Both the position numbers and the translations under genes were made by a program. The notes under the pieces were generated by a model. That model ran no database searches and was not told where the DNA came from. It worked only from the letters and a program-made list of their open reading frames with translations. Shown here one piece after another: positions 39,511 through 48,601 of a DNA stretch of 64,000 bases; positions within the stretch are counted from its first letter, which is position 1, and every line of letters starts with the position of its first letter. Origin of the DNA: a virus; IMG/VR virus record IMGVR_UViG_3300025810_000004, positions 32,001 through 96,000 of that record; one strand, 5' to 3'.

Positions 39511-40704
39511 CTACGCCTTGGGCGGTCTCCACCCCACAGGGTCAGCCACCCACGGATGATCTACACCCTCGCCACGGCACAGGGGTGAGTCCTCTGGCGT
39601 CCAGTGACACCGTGCCTTCCCGCGTTTGGAGTGCTTGAGCCTATACTCTGCACGGAGGGCTTCGGAGCGGCTGTAGTACGGGCCGTAGCAGGCTCGGGCG
39701 ACCCACGGACGGTGCTTGGAAGTCCACTTTCCTCCTCCCTTCTTGCCCATCTTGCCGTTGGCGTAGCGCCCGTTGTGCTCACGGAGCCGTCGAGCCGGAT
39801 CTGTGGTCATCCCAACGTAAAAGTAGCCGGGGAGGACTCGACCCGTCTTGGGACTCACCCGCTTCTGCTCACTTTGCAAGACGTACACCCAGTAGAGGCG
39901 GGACCGCTTCTCCTTGACTTTCACATTTAGGCAGTTGGGGTCGTCCATGTGTTCCTCGATGATCTGGGACTCGACCTCAAGAGCCTCGTCGTCGGTGTCG
40001 CACTCCACCAGTACCCGCCATGTGGCGGTGCTCCAGTCCTGCTCGTTGAGGGCGGCTGTGTGACACCCCCTCGCAGATTTGCTCTTGTGGACATTGAACC
40101 GAAGGTCAGGACGGGTTGACTTGCCGTAGTAGTAGCAGCCATTGGCGAATGTAATGCAGTACACCCGTGGGCGCTTCGTGGCTTCCCTCTTGGCTCTCAG
40201 GGAATCCTTGTTCGCTTCCCGGTACTCGCGTTGGTACGCCGCCCTCATCTCCCGTCTGGCTCTCTCTGTGGCAACGATCCGCTCCTTGTTCGCTTCCCGG
40301 TACTCCCGCGCATGAGCCGCCTTCATCTCCCGTCTGGCTTTGCGGTACTCGCGTTGGTACGCCACATTCTTCGCCCGATTCGCCTCTCGGTAGGCTCTCT
40401 CTGTGGCAACGATCCGCTCCTTGTTCGCTTCCCGGTAGGCTGCAACCCGAACACTAATCTTCTCTTTGTTCGCTTCCCAGTACGCCTTCCCGCGAGCAGC
40501 GATTCGCTCCTTATTCGCTTCCCTGTAGGCTTTCAGACAAGCCTTGCAGTAGACCTGCAAGCCATCCTTCCGATTGCGGTCACGGTTGTACTCGGAGAGA
40601 GGCTTGTCCTCGCCGCACTTGCTACAGGTCTTCGTCGTCGGGGCGGCGGGATCCCGTTCAATCCCGAACAGGTCAAACACATCAAGGGTATCGTAGGGCA
40701 GCAT
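39511..40704 (-). CDS. endonuclease with Zn finger, helical repeats and two GIY-YIG domains
   Basis: CSKC..CKAC; YREANKERI repeats; VYCI..YYYGKS..RFNVH and VYVL..FYVGMTTDPARRLREHN. Confidence 0.85.
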   Translation of the reverse strand: MLPYDTLDVFDLFGIERDPAAPTTKTCSKCGEDKPLSEYNRDRNRKDGLQVYCKACLKAYREANKERIAARGKAYWEANKEKISVRVAAYREANKERIVATERAYREANRAKNVAYQREYRKARREMKAAHAREYREANKERIVATERARREMRAAYQREYREANKDSLRAKREATKRPRVYCITFANGCYYYGKSTRPDLRFNVHKSKSARGCHTAALNEQDWSTATWRVLVECDTDDEALEVESQIIEEHMDDPNCLNVKVKEKRSRLYWVYVLQSEQKRVSPKTGRVLPGYFYVGMTTDPARRLREHNGRYANGKMGKKGGGKWTSKHRPWVARACYGPYYSRSEALRAEYRLKHSKRGKARCHWTPEDSPLCRGEGVDHPWVADPVGWRPPKA

Positions 40705-40775
40705 CGCTTACCTCTGGTACAGGTTCGTGGTGTCAGAGACGGCGGGGTGTTGGCGCACCTCGTCGTCTCGCCCCT

Positions 40776-40799
40776 ACCGGGCGCATAGGCTGGCTACCG
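40776..40799 (-). repeat. 24-bp direct repeat containing CGGTAG-N6-TAT (copy 1)
   Basis: accgggcgcataggctggctaccg, identical at 41333-41356. Confidence 0.85.
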
Positions 40800-40875
40800 A
40801 GCCGAGATCAACGCCTCTGTGATGGCTGAGATCACCGAGTAGAAGGGGATTAGAACCGCTTCTCAACCCAAGCAT

Positions 40876-41304
40876 TCAGAGCGTCCAGTTGCCGCGACTG
40901 TCGCGGATCGTTCCTTGGTAACCCCAACTGCCGTCGTTGAGCACCGAGTAGACCTCGATACGCCTTGGGTCACCCGGAACGGTGTTCAATGCTGTGGTGC
41001 GAGGGCCATACCCCTTCAAGTCCCACTCAAACTTCGTGGCCCAGATGCGAGCCGCGTCCTTGTGCTCGTAGACGCTATCGACCTTGATCAGCTTCCCGCC
41101 CTGCTTTCGGAGGTACACCTCACGAGCCTCGGTAGCGCCAGAGACGTTCTCTGGTTTGCGGGTGGGGACGAACCCCGACAGGGGATTCCTACCTGCGTAG
41201 ACCAAGCCAGCCAGAACCGCACGGCGTTCATCGGAGCCCTTCACCATGGTCGAAGCCAAGCGAATGAGAGCAGATCGGTCAGCGGCAGTAAGGGAACGGG
41301 ACAT
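40876..41304 (-). CDS. LIRLA-leader family protein 2
   Basis: MSRSLTAADRSALIRLASTMVKGSDERRAVLAGL then unique domain. Confidence 0.8.
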   Translation of the reverse strand: MSRSLTAADRSALIRLASTMVKGSDERRAVLAGLVYAGRNPLSGFVPTRKPENVSGATEAREVYLRKQGGKLIKVDSVYEHKDAARIWATKFEWDLKGYGPRTTALNTVPGDPRRIEVYSVLNDGSWGYQGTIRDSRGNWTL

Positions 41305-41332
41305 GATGGGGTCACTCCAAGGTGTCTGCCCC

Positions 41333-41356
41333 ACCGGGCGCATAGGCTGGCTACCG
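41333..41356 (-). repeat. 24-bp direct repeat containing CGGTAG-N6-TAT (copy 2)
   Basis: upstream of the 41304 start. Confidence 0.85.
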
Positions 41357-41418
41357 TGTAGTAGCCCCAGTCGCAGTCACAGGGGTCACAGCCGCAGCAG
41401 GGGGCGCATGAACAACTC

Positions 41419-41988
41419 CTATTTTCTGTTGAACCAGGACTTTATTCTAAGCAGGAGCCTGCCCAGAAAGGACATTCGCCAGAGCGTGTTATACAGTCTC
41501 ATGACGTCCTCTGTATCCTTCAGGGCGGTGTGGGCGTCCTTCTTGTCCCATCCAAGGAAGTCCCTCACACTGTCCAGTGAAGCGCGTTTGAGACCTATGG
41601 GGGTCAGGTGCTCAAATACCAGAGTCACCGTGTCTATCTTGTGGTACGGGATCTTCCTGTTTATCCCGTGACGGAGGAACACAGCCTTTATTATGGACTC
41701 GTCAAAAGACACGTTGTGTCCCACGAGGGTACAATTCTCAAGTATGGTAACCACCCTTCCGGCGATTTCCTCTATAGTGGGGGCGTCCTCCCACTTTTCC
41801 GGGTCATACCCGTTTATGGCAAGGGATTTGGGGTTGGCATTGATCATTTCCTCCTTCGTGGGCTTCACGAAGGAGTGGAATCTGTCCACCTCCACACCTT
41901 CTTCCACCCTTATGATGGCTATTTCCAGTATGGCCGCTTTGTTTGGGTCAAGTTCTGTGGTTTCCGTGTCTATAAAGGCCAGTTTCAT
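41419..41988 (-). CDS. DEDDh 3'-5' exonuclease (Pol III epsilon-like)
   Basis: IDTETT, GHNVSFD, HTALKD. Confidence 0.9.
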   Translation of the reverse strand: MKLAFIDTETTELDPNKAAILEIAIIRVEEGVEVDRFHSFVKPTKEEMINANPKSLAINGYDPEKWEDAPTIEEIAGRVVTILENCTLVGHNVSFDESIIKAVFLRHGINRKIPYHKIDTVTLVFEHLTPIGLKRASLDSVRDFLGWDKKDAHTALKDTEDVMRLYNTLWRMSFLGRLLLRIKSWFNRK

Positions 41989-42014
41989 GGTTTGGTTCCT
42001 TCGGAGAGGTTCTT

Positions 42015-42308
42015 GTGTCTAAAGAAGGCGATGGAAACAGTAACGTGGTCAATATTGATGACCACAGAGTAAGATACCCTCTCGCATACTTCGAAGCTGT
42101 ATGGGGGGAGTCAGAATTCGGCTGGAACGCCAAAATCGTTGATATCGAGAGCCTGAGGAGGAATGTACCCCTCCAGAACCTGACCATGCGACCCCCCGAA
42201 ACTTCGTACGAGGTTGAACTTATAATCAGGCATCTGAGAGCCGCTGCCAACGACATAGCCAAAGGCCACAGGCTCAATCATCTGGTGAAGCCCGAAGACG
42301 ACATCTAA
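42015..42308 (+). CDS. hypothetical protein
   Basis: 97 aa, SD GGAGAGG. Confidence 0.5.
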   Translation: MSKEGDGNSNVVNIDDHRVRYPLAYFEAVWGESEFGWNAKIVDIESLRRNVPLQNLTMRPPETSYEVELIIRHLRAAANDIAKGHRLNHLVKPEDDI

Positions 42309-42373
42309 TAGCTCTTCTATGGGTAAAATAGGTATCGGGGTTATGAGCCCCGTCACCCCAAAGAGGTACGAAA

Positions 42374-42568
42374 ATGGAAAACGAGTTCACTTTTGTCGAG
42401 GTCATCGACTCCATGATCGCAAAGCTCCAGGAGGCCAAGACGGACGCCGCCAAGTGCGACGGCGGTCAGGCCGGAAACCCCGGTACTCGCGTCCGGAAGG
42501 CCATGGCCGAGGTCCGGGAAACCGCTGGTCAGATCCGCAAAGACATCCTTGCTGCTCGCAAGGGCTGA
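42374..42568 (+). CDS. small Hc1/histone H1-like nucleoid protein
   Basis: DAAKCDGGQAGNPGTRVRKAMAEVR..IRKDI. Confidence 0.6.
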   Translation: MENEFTFVEVIDSMIAKLQEAKTDAAKCDGGQAGNPGTRVRKAMAEVRETAGQIRKDILAARKG

Positions 42569-42600
42569 GCTTCGCATCCTCCACGATACGGAGGACTAAC

Positions 42601-42634
42601 GGGGGGAGCGGGAAGTCTACTTCTTGCTTCCCCC
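42601..42634. terminator. hairpin between convergent genes
   Basis: gggggagcgggaagt-ct-acttcttgcttcccc with GU pairs. Confidence 0.45.
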
Positions 42635-43207
42635 GCCCTGTATAAGGGCTTTGGCTTCAGCCAGTCTCTCTGCTGTGTTTGCCCTGGACTTGGCCTCTCC
42701 CTCTCGTATCTTTCTCAGGTCTCTTTTTTCCGAGCCTGAGAACCTGTTGTTGCCCGTGAGGGTCAACTGCTCGGTGTCCCTGTCTATCCACCGAGAGGTA
42801 AGACCAGTCGCCCCCGGCTTTATCGCCTTCACGACCTTTGGGTCCATGGCCAGAACAGCTATGTCCCACACCATATCGAAGAAAACACCGTCTGCCACCT
42901 GTATTGGCTTCCCATCGTAGACGGTCGGCTGTCTTTCCGAGAACAGCTTCATGCCTGCCCCGGTCTGCAGCTCCAGGTCTATGAAGTGGAGCGGGGTCGG
43001 GACTTCTGGTCTGTCGAACGACAAGCGGAAGGCTAAGGCTATCCTGAGGTCCCCGAACTTCACCTTCAGATTCTGGGCTTCCCCGTATCCCTTCACCACA
43101 ACTTTGAGGTCTTGGGCGTTGACGAGTCGGCTTATGACTTCCTGCTCGTCTTCTGACATTGGGGTGTAGGCAGAACCCTTCCTGCCCCCGAATCTGTTCT
43201 TTTCCAT
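42617..43207 (-). CDS. hypothetical protein
   Basis: TAATG-coupled to cold-shock gene. Confidence 0.6.
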   Translation of the reverse strand: MEKNRFGGRKGSAYTPMSEDEQEVISRLVNAQDLKVVVKGYGEAQNLKVKFGDLRIALAFRLSFDRPEVPTPLHFIDLELQTGAGMKLFSERQPTVYDGKPIQVADGVFFDMVWDIAVLAMDPKVVKAIKPGATGLTSRWIDRDTEQLTLTGNNRFSGSEKRDLRKIREGEAKSRANTAERLAEAKALIQGGGSKK

Positions 43208-43626
43208 TACACGTCCTCTTTTACGTAGCAAGCTCTTGGGCGGCCCTTTTTCCATCCCTTATAGAACTTTACCCTGCTCCCCTTTATCGGGATCCACCCT
43301 TCCGATATGTCCGAGACGTGCAGATAGACTTTCGTCTGGTCCCCATACTCGCGTATGAATCCCCACCCATTTGCTGGGTCAAAGGATTCCACCACACCCG
43401 AAGCTACCACCACGGGTGAAGAGCGCTTTATCTCCTTGGCGACAGGAGAACCCCCCTCCCTGTCTTCAGTGTGACCCACAGATACTATTTCCCCAGATAC
43501 GGGCATGGGGAAGTCTGGTCCCCTTCTAAAGAAGTGCTCCCCTCTAAAGAAGTACCTCTTGCCCGATTCGTCTTCTACGAATCCGTACCCCTTCTCTTCC
43601 AGATAGAAGTCTACATAGTATGTCAT
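43207..43626 (-). CDS. tandem cold-shock-domain protein
   Basis: KGYGFV..YFF and NGWGFI..VYLHVSDI RNP1/RNP2 motifs. Confidence 0.85.
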   Translation of the reverse strand: MTYYVDFYLEEKGYGFVEDESGKRYFFRGEHFFRRGPDFPMPVSGEIVSVGHTEDREGGSPVAKEIKRSSPVVVASGVVESFDPANGWGFIREYGDQTKVYLHVSDISEGWIPIKGSRVKFYKGWKKGRPRACYVKEDV

Positions 43627-43666
43627 GCACTTCACTCTGGCAGGTTGAAGGAATGGTACAGGTACC

Positions 43667-43996
43667 TTAGGAATTGATCTCTGCGAGAATGTCCGACTTG
43701 GTCATGCCGGACTTCACCTCTATGCCCATAGACTCGGCTGCTGCGACGAGTTCGGCCTTCGTGTTGTCCATGGACCAAGAGACCTCTTCTTCGGGCTCAG
43801 GGGTGGGCTCAGGGGCGGGGGCCGGAGCAGGCTCCGGTGCGGGTGCCGGGGCAGGGGTGGGTGCAGGCTCAGGAGCCGGGGCTGCAGCCAGAGCCGCGTT
43901 TGCAGCAAGACGGCGTTCCTCTTGCTTCCGCAACAGCATCTTCCGCTTGTTTACTTTTCCGCCTCTTCCGGCCAGTGCTTTGGATACCTTTGTCAT
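43667..43996 (-). CDS. Pro/Ala-linker protein with C-terminal HeH/Rho-N-like domain
   Basis: basic N-terminus, (PA/PE)n linker, TKAELVAAAESMGIEVKSGMTKSDIL. Confidence 0.65.
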   Translation of the reverse strand: MTKVSKALAGRGGKVNKRKMLLRKQEERRLAANAALAAAPAPEPAPTPAPAPAPEPAPAPAPEPTPEPEEEVSWSMDNTKAELVAAAESMGIEVKSGMTKSDILAEINS

Positions 43997-43997
43997 T

Positions 43998-44333
43998 TCA
44001 CTCTCCTCTACGGGGGTTTACCTGTTTGGCTTGGATGTAGTCGTAGTAATCTTGGTGGGAAATTATGGGCTTGAAAGCCCTGGGATGCTTCTTCATCAAG
44101 TTTCGAATTCTGGTCTGGCTCGCCTCGTCCAGTTGTGGCAATAACCTCAACAGGTCCTTCTGGGCGATCTTCGAAGTCTGTACCGAAAACAGTATGAACT
44201 CGTCTTCAAGGACTGCAGGGTTCTCCTTGTCCTTTATGGTTTGAATTCTACCATCCGGAAGTTCCACTTTCGAACTCTCGGATCCAACCAAACCGTTTTT
44301 TTGACCGAAAGTCCAGAATCCGAAATTAGGCAT
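43998..44333 (-). CDS. hypothetical protein
   Basis: 111 aa behind CGTTGA-N6-TAT. Confidence 0.55.
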   Translation of the reverse strand: MPNFGFWTFGQKNGLVGSESSKVELPDGRIQTIKDKENPAVLEDEFILFSVQTSKIAQKDLLRLLPQLDEASQTRIRNLMKKHPRAFKPIISHQDYYDYIQAKQVNPRRGE

Positions 44334-44358
44334 GATGCTTCCCCACACATCACACGTG

Positions 44359-44388
44359 ATAAAAGACTCAACGCGTTAGGAGTTTCAT
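44359..44388. promoter_or_regulatory. back-to-back promoter-like motifs
   Basis: CGTTGA-N6-TAT on minus (44373-44359) and CGTTAG-N6-CAT on plus (44374-44388) around palindrome AACGCGTT. Confidence 0.55.
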
Positions 44389-44417
44389 AACTTTCCTTCC
44401 AATAGGAAGGTACCACA

Positions 44418-44798
44418 GTGCACAAACTTACCCCGTATGTTTACAACGCCGAGGTGGTTTCCGTCTATGATGGGGACTCCATCACAGTTTTGCTCGATCT
44501 CGGCATGAAGATGACCGTGAAGGCCAGCTGCAGGCTCTTCGGTCTGGACACTCCCGAAATCCGGTCCAAGGTCGCTGGCGAAAAGGAAGTGGCAAACAAA
44601 GCCAAAGACAGAGTCAAGTCCCTTGTGCTCGGCAAGAACGTAGTCGTTCAGTCTGTACAGAAACCGGACAAATACGGACGACTGCTTGTGAAGGTCTGGA
44701 CCGAGGAAGGATTGTGCTTGAACGACTTGCTGATAGAAGAAAAGCTCGCCATAGCCTACGATGGCGGCCCCAAGATTTCTTGGGCCAACTGGCCCTGA
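44418..44798 (+). CDS. thermonuclease (SNase-like)
   Basis: VYDGDSI, RLFGLDTPE, DKYGRLL. Confidence 0.9.
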   Translation: MHKLTPYVYNAEVVSVYDGDSITVLLDLGMKMTVKASCRLFGLDTPEIRSKVAGEKEVANKAKDRVKSLVLGKNVVVQSVQKPDKYGRLLVKVWTEEGLCLNDLLIEEKLAIAYDGGPKISWANWP

Positions 44799-44800
44799 CT

Positions 44801-44815
44801 CGTTAGCCCCTCTAT
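44801..44815 (+). promoter_or_regulatory. CGTTAG-N6-TAT promoter-like motif
   Basis: upstream of putative tail tube gene. Confidence 0.6.
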
Positions 44816-44846
44816 AAACTTCGTGGGATAACAAAAGGGAAAAGCG

Positions 44847-45626
44847 ATGCCTACTAACAACGACCTAAACCCCGGTTCTCCTGGCGGCGTTCAGGGATCC
44901 TCCCAGATCTACAAGTTCGGTACTTCCCCGAATACTCGCGCTGTTGTTTCCCAGCGGGTCAGGATTCTGACCCCTGCCTACGGTGGCACTGGTCTCCTCC
45001 AGATGGGGGTTCTGAGTTCCTTTGGGATCACCGACGGTCGTGGCGTTGAGGCTATCTCTGGCATCGGTTTCGGTGACCAGGTTGCCGAGCTTGTCCCCGG
45101 AATGTCGGACCCCATGACCGCTTCCATCGAGCGAGCACTTCTCTACCTGTCCAACTTGTGGCAGGCCAGCGGATACGCTGCTGGCGTTTCCGGTCCCGTT
45201 CGCGCCCTGAAGCACCACCGCTGGCCTTTCGACATCGAGCAGCAGATCGTCTTTTCCCGCATCGCTGACGCTGAGCTGACTGGTGACGGAACCGGGTCGG
45301 AGACCGGGTTCAGTGCTTCCACCGGGTCGTACGGCTCTTTGAAGTACAACGGCGCAGTCGGTGGCGGCGGGGCATACGGAAGTGGGGGTTCCCTTTCCCA
45401 CAACATTCTGATCTCGTACTACGAAGCCTGCTGGTGGACCTCCTGGAACGCCACCTTCGCCAAGGACTCCGTTGTGGTCATGGAATCCGGCGACGTTACC
45501 ATCACCGACGTCCACGACTTCGGCACCACCCAGTACGGCGAGTTCCTCGCAACGGGCAACGACCCGACCATCGGTCAGACTGGCTCGCTTATCTACAACA
45601 ACGACCTGACTCAGGGCGCTGGCTGA
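44847..45626 (+). CDS. putative tail tube protein
   Basis: IGFGDQVAELVPG, PFDIEQ, YYEACWWTSW..VMES pattern resembling myophage tube proteins. Confidence 0.55.
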   Translation: MPTNNDLNPGSPGGVQGSSQIYKFGTSPNTRAVVSQRVRILTPAYGGTGLLQMGVLSSFGITDGRGVEAISGIGFGDQVAELVPGMSDPMTASIERALLYLSNLWQASGYAAGVSGPVRALKHHRWPFDIEQQIVFSRIADAELTGDGTGSETGFSASTGSYGSLKYNGAVGGGGAYGSGGSLSHNILISYYEACWWTSWNATFAKDSVVVMESGDVTITDVHDFGTTQYGEFLATGNDPTIGQTGSLIYNNDLTQGAG

Positions 45627-46414
45627 TGGATAAGGAGGCCGCACTCAAGGAGTGGCTGAGCTGGATGGCGCAGCCACTCTCTGTGATTCTCAAGGAGCAC
45701 AAGGACTTCATATACGGTCCTGTGAATGACCTTATGGACGAGGTCATCCGTAAGCTGGCTCCGAAGATAGTGGAATCGGTCGGTGAGCGCGAAATCGACG
45801 AGGACGTCGAAGAGTTCACCGACGGTGCCAGAGAGGGTCGATTTGAAGCCCTTCAGGGTTTCTTCAGGGACCCGGAGCGCGGCCAATCAGACGACTACTA
45901 CGCTGGGTACGAGTGGGGCTTCAGCGCTGCCCACAGCTGGGACGGCAAAGAACTGCCTTCTCAGGTGAAGCGATGGGTGGTCAAGGAGCAGATCCAAGAA
46001 TTCCAGAGTCAGGTCACCGAGAAGGTGGTGTCTGACCTCATGAAGAAGGCTTGGAGCGCTGTTTCCCCAGCCCACACTCTGAAGGTCATGGTTTCGGCTG
46101 TGAAGAAGCACGGCTGGAAGATAGGTCTTAGCTTCGCCCTGTTCGAGATAGTCGAACACACCATCCTCCCAGCGGTCATGATTAAGCTCACGGGCGACCC
46201 CGAATGGGCTGTACTCGGAACCCTCCCCATTGGGGAGATAATCTACGCTCTTGTTCTGAGGGCCATAGGCAGAGCCGACAACAAACTGGACGAGATCACG
46301 GAAGACGGACACCTCGATTGGTACGTCGAAAAGTACGGGCCAGTCCGGTTGGCCCACAGCCGTGGTTTGAACTGTGGTCGGGTTGCCCACAAGTGGGCTT
46401 CCCAAAATGTCTGA
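45626..46414 (+). CDS. hypothetical protein
   Basis: TGATG coupling; C-terminal RVAHKW motif. Confidence 0.6.
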   Translation: MDKEAALKEWLSWMAQPLSVILKEHKDFIYGPVNDLMDEVIRKLAPKIVESVGEREIDEDVEEFTDGAREGRFEALQGFFRDPERGQSDDYYAGYEWGFSAAHSWDGKELPSQVKRWVVKEQIQEFQSQVTEKVVSDLMKKAWSAVSPAHTLKVMVSAVKKHGWKIGLSFALFEIVEHTILPAVMIKLTGDPEWAVLGTLPIGEIIYALVLRAIGRADNKLDEITEDGHLDWYVEKYGPVRLAHSRGLNCGRVAHKWASQNV

Positions 46415-46429
46415 ATACGCTCTGGGGTT

Positions 46430-46490
46430 GGTGAACCTCGGTAGAGCACCGAGAACGGCTGCTTAGCTTTGCCTAAGTTTCGGAGAACGG
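46430..46490 (+). mobile_element. miniature remnant resembling both ends of the TnpB element
   Basis: tttgcctaagtttcggagaacgg matches the element right end at 19/23; ggtgaacctcggtaga resembles its left-end region. Confidence 0.5.
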
Positions 46491-46532
46491 AGTTTATAGG
46501 TATGATACGGGTAGACCCATGAGGAGTCTTCC

Positions 46533-47762
46533 TTGTTTGCCAACCTAACAGAGTCCATAAAACGGAGAGTCATTCAAGAAGTCAGGTACTTCTGGTCCAA
46601 GGACCCTCAGTACAAGGATTCTCTGGCTCCCAACATACAAGGTCGGTTTTCGTTCCAGGAACGACCTCAACAGGCAATAGTCATAAAGGGTGGCTCCGCC
46701 AGCCCTTTCCAGTTCTCTGCGGATCACTTCCAGGGGACCGTGGTCTCGTACTGTCATCTGACCAAGGTTTACGGGCAGAACGGAACCAGCATAGAGTGGG
46801 TCAGGGAAAACGGGTTGGCCATCCGAAATAACGGGGGTGTTTTTCCTTCTCCTCCGGGGATTTACTACGTCGAAGTGAGGGAAGAAGTCGTAGAGGTCAG
46901 GGGTGTGCCCTCTGAACGGCTCGTGTTCTACGTGGACCCACTCCTTGAAGTCATAGACGAACGGGCCACGGTGCTTGAGCCTCTTTTGTACGAGGTTAGC
47001 TCTGGGTCCTTCCACCCCGGCAGTCTCAGGGTGTATGAGATGCCTGGAAACATATTGTACGAGGACGGTATAAACTACACAGCCGACCCCACCACCGGAA
47101 GGATAACGCTCGAAAGCCCGTTGTTGTCGGGCACCTACCTTTCCGTCGACTATCGATACGTCGGTACGACCGTGGGGCCCGTCCCCCTCCCTGAAAACGG
47201 TGCCGTGGACAACGTCATACCCGGTGTGGTGATGGCGTTCGGGAGAAGGGCATCCGACGGCGACATAATGGCCGTCGTGGTCGGGGACAGGAGAGAGGAA
47301 GTCGCCAACGAGTTCGGCGGCAAGTGGGAAATGAGCCTGGACCTCGACATAATGGCGAGGGACCTGTATGCACAGGGCGAAATAACCGACAGAACCCTCA
47401 TGTTCCTGTACACCGAAGCCAGAGACAGGTTTTCCCAAGAAGGTATAGAACTGACCGAAGCCAGCGCTGGCGGGGAAGCCGAAGAAGTCTACGACGAGAA
47501 CGGCGACGACTACTATTACACCTCTTCCCTCTCCATTTCCATAATGACCGATTGGTCCATACAGGTCCCCACCGGACGCAGGATCTCTCGTGTCAACACG
47601 AACACCCACCAGCAGCTTGAAGAGGTAGCTGGTATGACTGACGACGAGATTGCCGCCAGCGGCACCCCGTCGAATCTCAGGGTCTCGGACAATCTCGGTT
47701 TGTTGTCTATAAGGGACCCGTGGTACTCAGGCCGAAACAAGAACTTCGAACTTATCAAATAA
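46533..47762 (+). CDS. probable tail/neck structural protein
   Basis: 409 aa; NYTADPTTGRITL..VDY beta module; tail-completion-like C-terminus. Confidence 0.5.
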   Translation: MFANLTESIKRRVIQEVRYFWSKDPQYKDSLAPNIQGRFSFQERPQQAIVIKGGSASPFQFSADHFQGTVVSYCHLTKVYGQNGTSIEWVRENGLAIRNNGGVFPSPPGIYYVEVREEVVEVRGVPSERLVFYVDPLLEVIDERATVLEPLLYEVSSGSFHPGSLRVYEMPGNILYEDGINYTADPTTGRITLESPLLSGTYLSVDYRYVGTTVGPVPLPENGAVDNVIPGVVMAFGRRASDGDIMAVVVGDRREEVANEFGGKWEMSLDLDIMARDLYAQGEITDRTLMFLYTEARDRFSQEGIELTEASAGGEAEEVYDENGDDYYYTSSLSISIMTDWSIQVPTGRRISRVNTNTHQQLEEVAGMTDDEIAASGTPSNLRVSDNLGLLSIRDPWYSGRNKNFELIK

Positions 47763-47775
47763 CAGGAGAACAATC

Positions 47776-48600
47776 ATGCCCTCTACCATCCGAAAGGGAT
47801 CTCGCGGCAGTGACGTCATACTCTGTCAGGACAGCCTCACCAAGAAGGGGTACCCCTGCGAGGCAGATGGTACCTTTGGTTCGGGAACCGAGTCGAAGGT
47901 CAAGCAGTTCCAGGCCGCAAATGGGCTCATAGCCGATGGTATCGTGGGCAACGCCACATGGGGCAAACTCCTCGCAGAGAACCCAGCTGACGTGACCATC
48001 GCTGCTCCGTCCCCCCTCCCCCCGGTCATCGCTCACGCTCAGAGCCTCGGCTACGAGACTTGGGGTGACCCGTGGCGTCTGTTCCTGTTCGGCGTCCGCT
48101 CTTCGGTGCGGAAGGCCGACGCCTTCGACGATATGTTGGGGTGCGCCTACGTCAACGACGAGGGGCTGTGGGAAGCCCACTATTGGCCCGGTACGACGGA
48201 CCCCGGCGCGTACTACCTTGAGCACCCGATGAACAGCGCGGGCTGTGCCATCCTCGTGGCGGGGCAATACCTCGACACCTGGACCATCGACCTCCACGCT
48301 GGGAAGTACGAAGCTCTGTGCCAGAGGGCAGGGGAGGTAGAAGTCTACCGTGACCCCAGCATGGACGACAAACTGAACCTCGACCCCGGCACCATCTCCA
48401 AAGGCTTCTTCGGGATCAACCTCCACGCCGCAACCCGCACCGAGCACCAGACTTCCACTGTCGTCGGACGGTGGAGCGCAGGGTGCCAGGTCCACGCTTC
48501 GGCAGACGGGTTTGCCAAGATGATGGAGCTGGCTCACATGCAGAAGGACAAGACGGGTCTCAAGACGTTCAGCTACACCCTCATGGACAAGTGGTGGTAG
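47776..48600 (+). CDS. endolysin-like: peptidoglycan-binding domain + His/Cys catalytic domain
   Basis: DGTFGSGTESKVKQFQAANGLIADGIVGNATW; GINLH..WSAGCQV. Confidence 0.8.
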   Translation: MPSTIRKGSRGSDVILCQDSLTKKGYPCEADGTFGSGTESKVKQFQAANGLIADGIVGNATWGKLLAENPADVTIAAPSPLPPVIAHAQSLGYETWGDPWRLFLFGVRSSVRKADAFDDMLGCAYVNDEGLWEAHYWPGTTDPGAYYLEHPMNSAGCAILVAGQYLDTWTIDLHAGKYEALCQRAGEVEVYRDPSMDDKLNLDPGTISKGFFGINLHAATRTEHQTSTVVGRWSAGCQVHASADGFAKMMELAHMQKDKTGLKTFSYTLMDKWW

Positions 48601-48601
48601 A

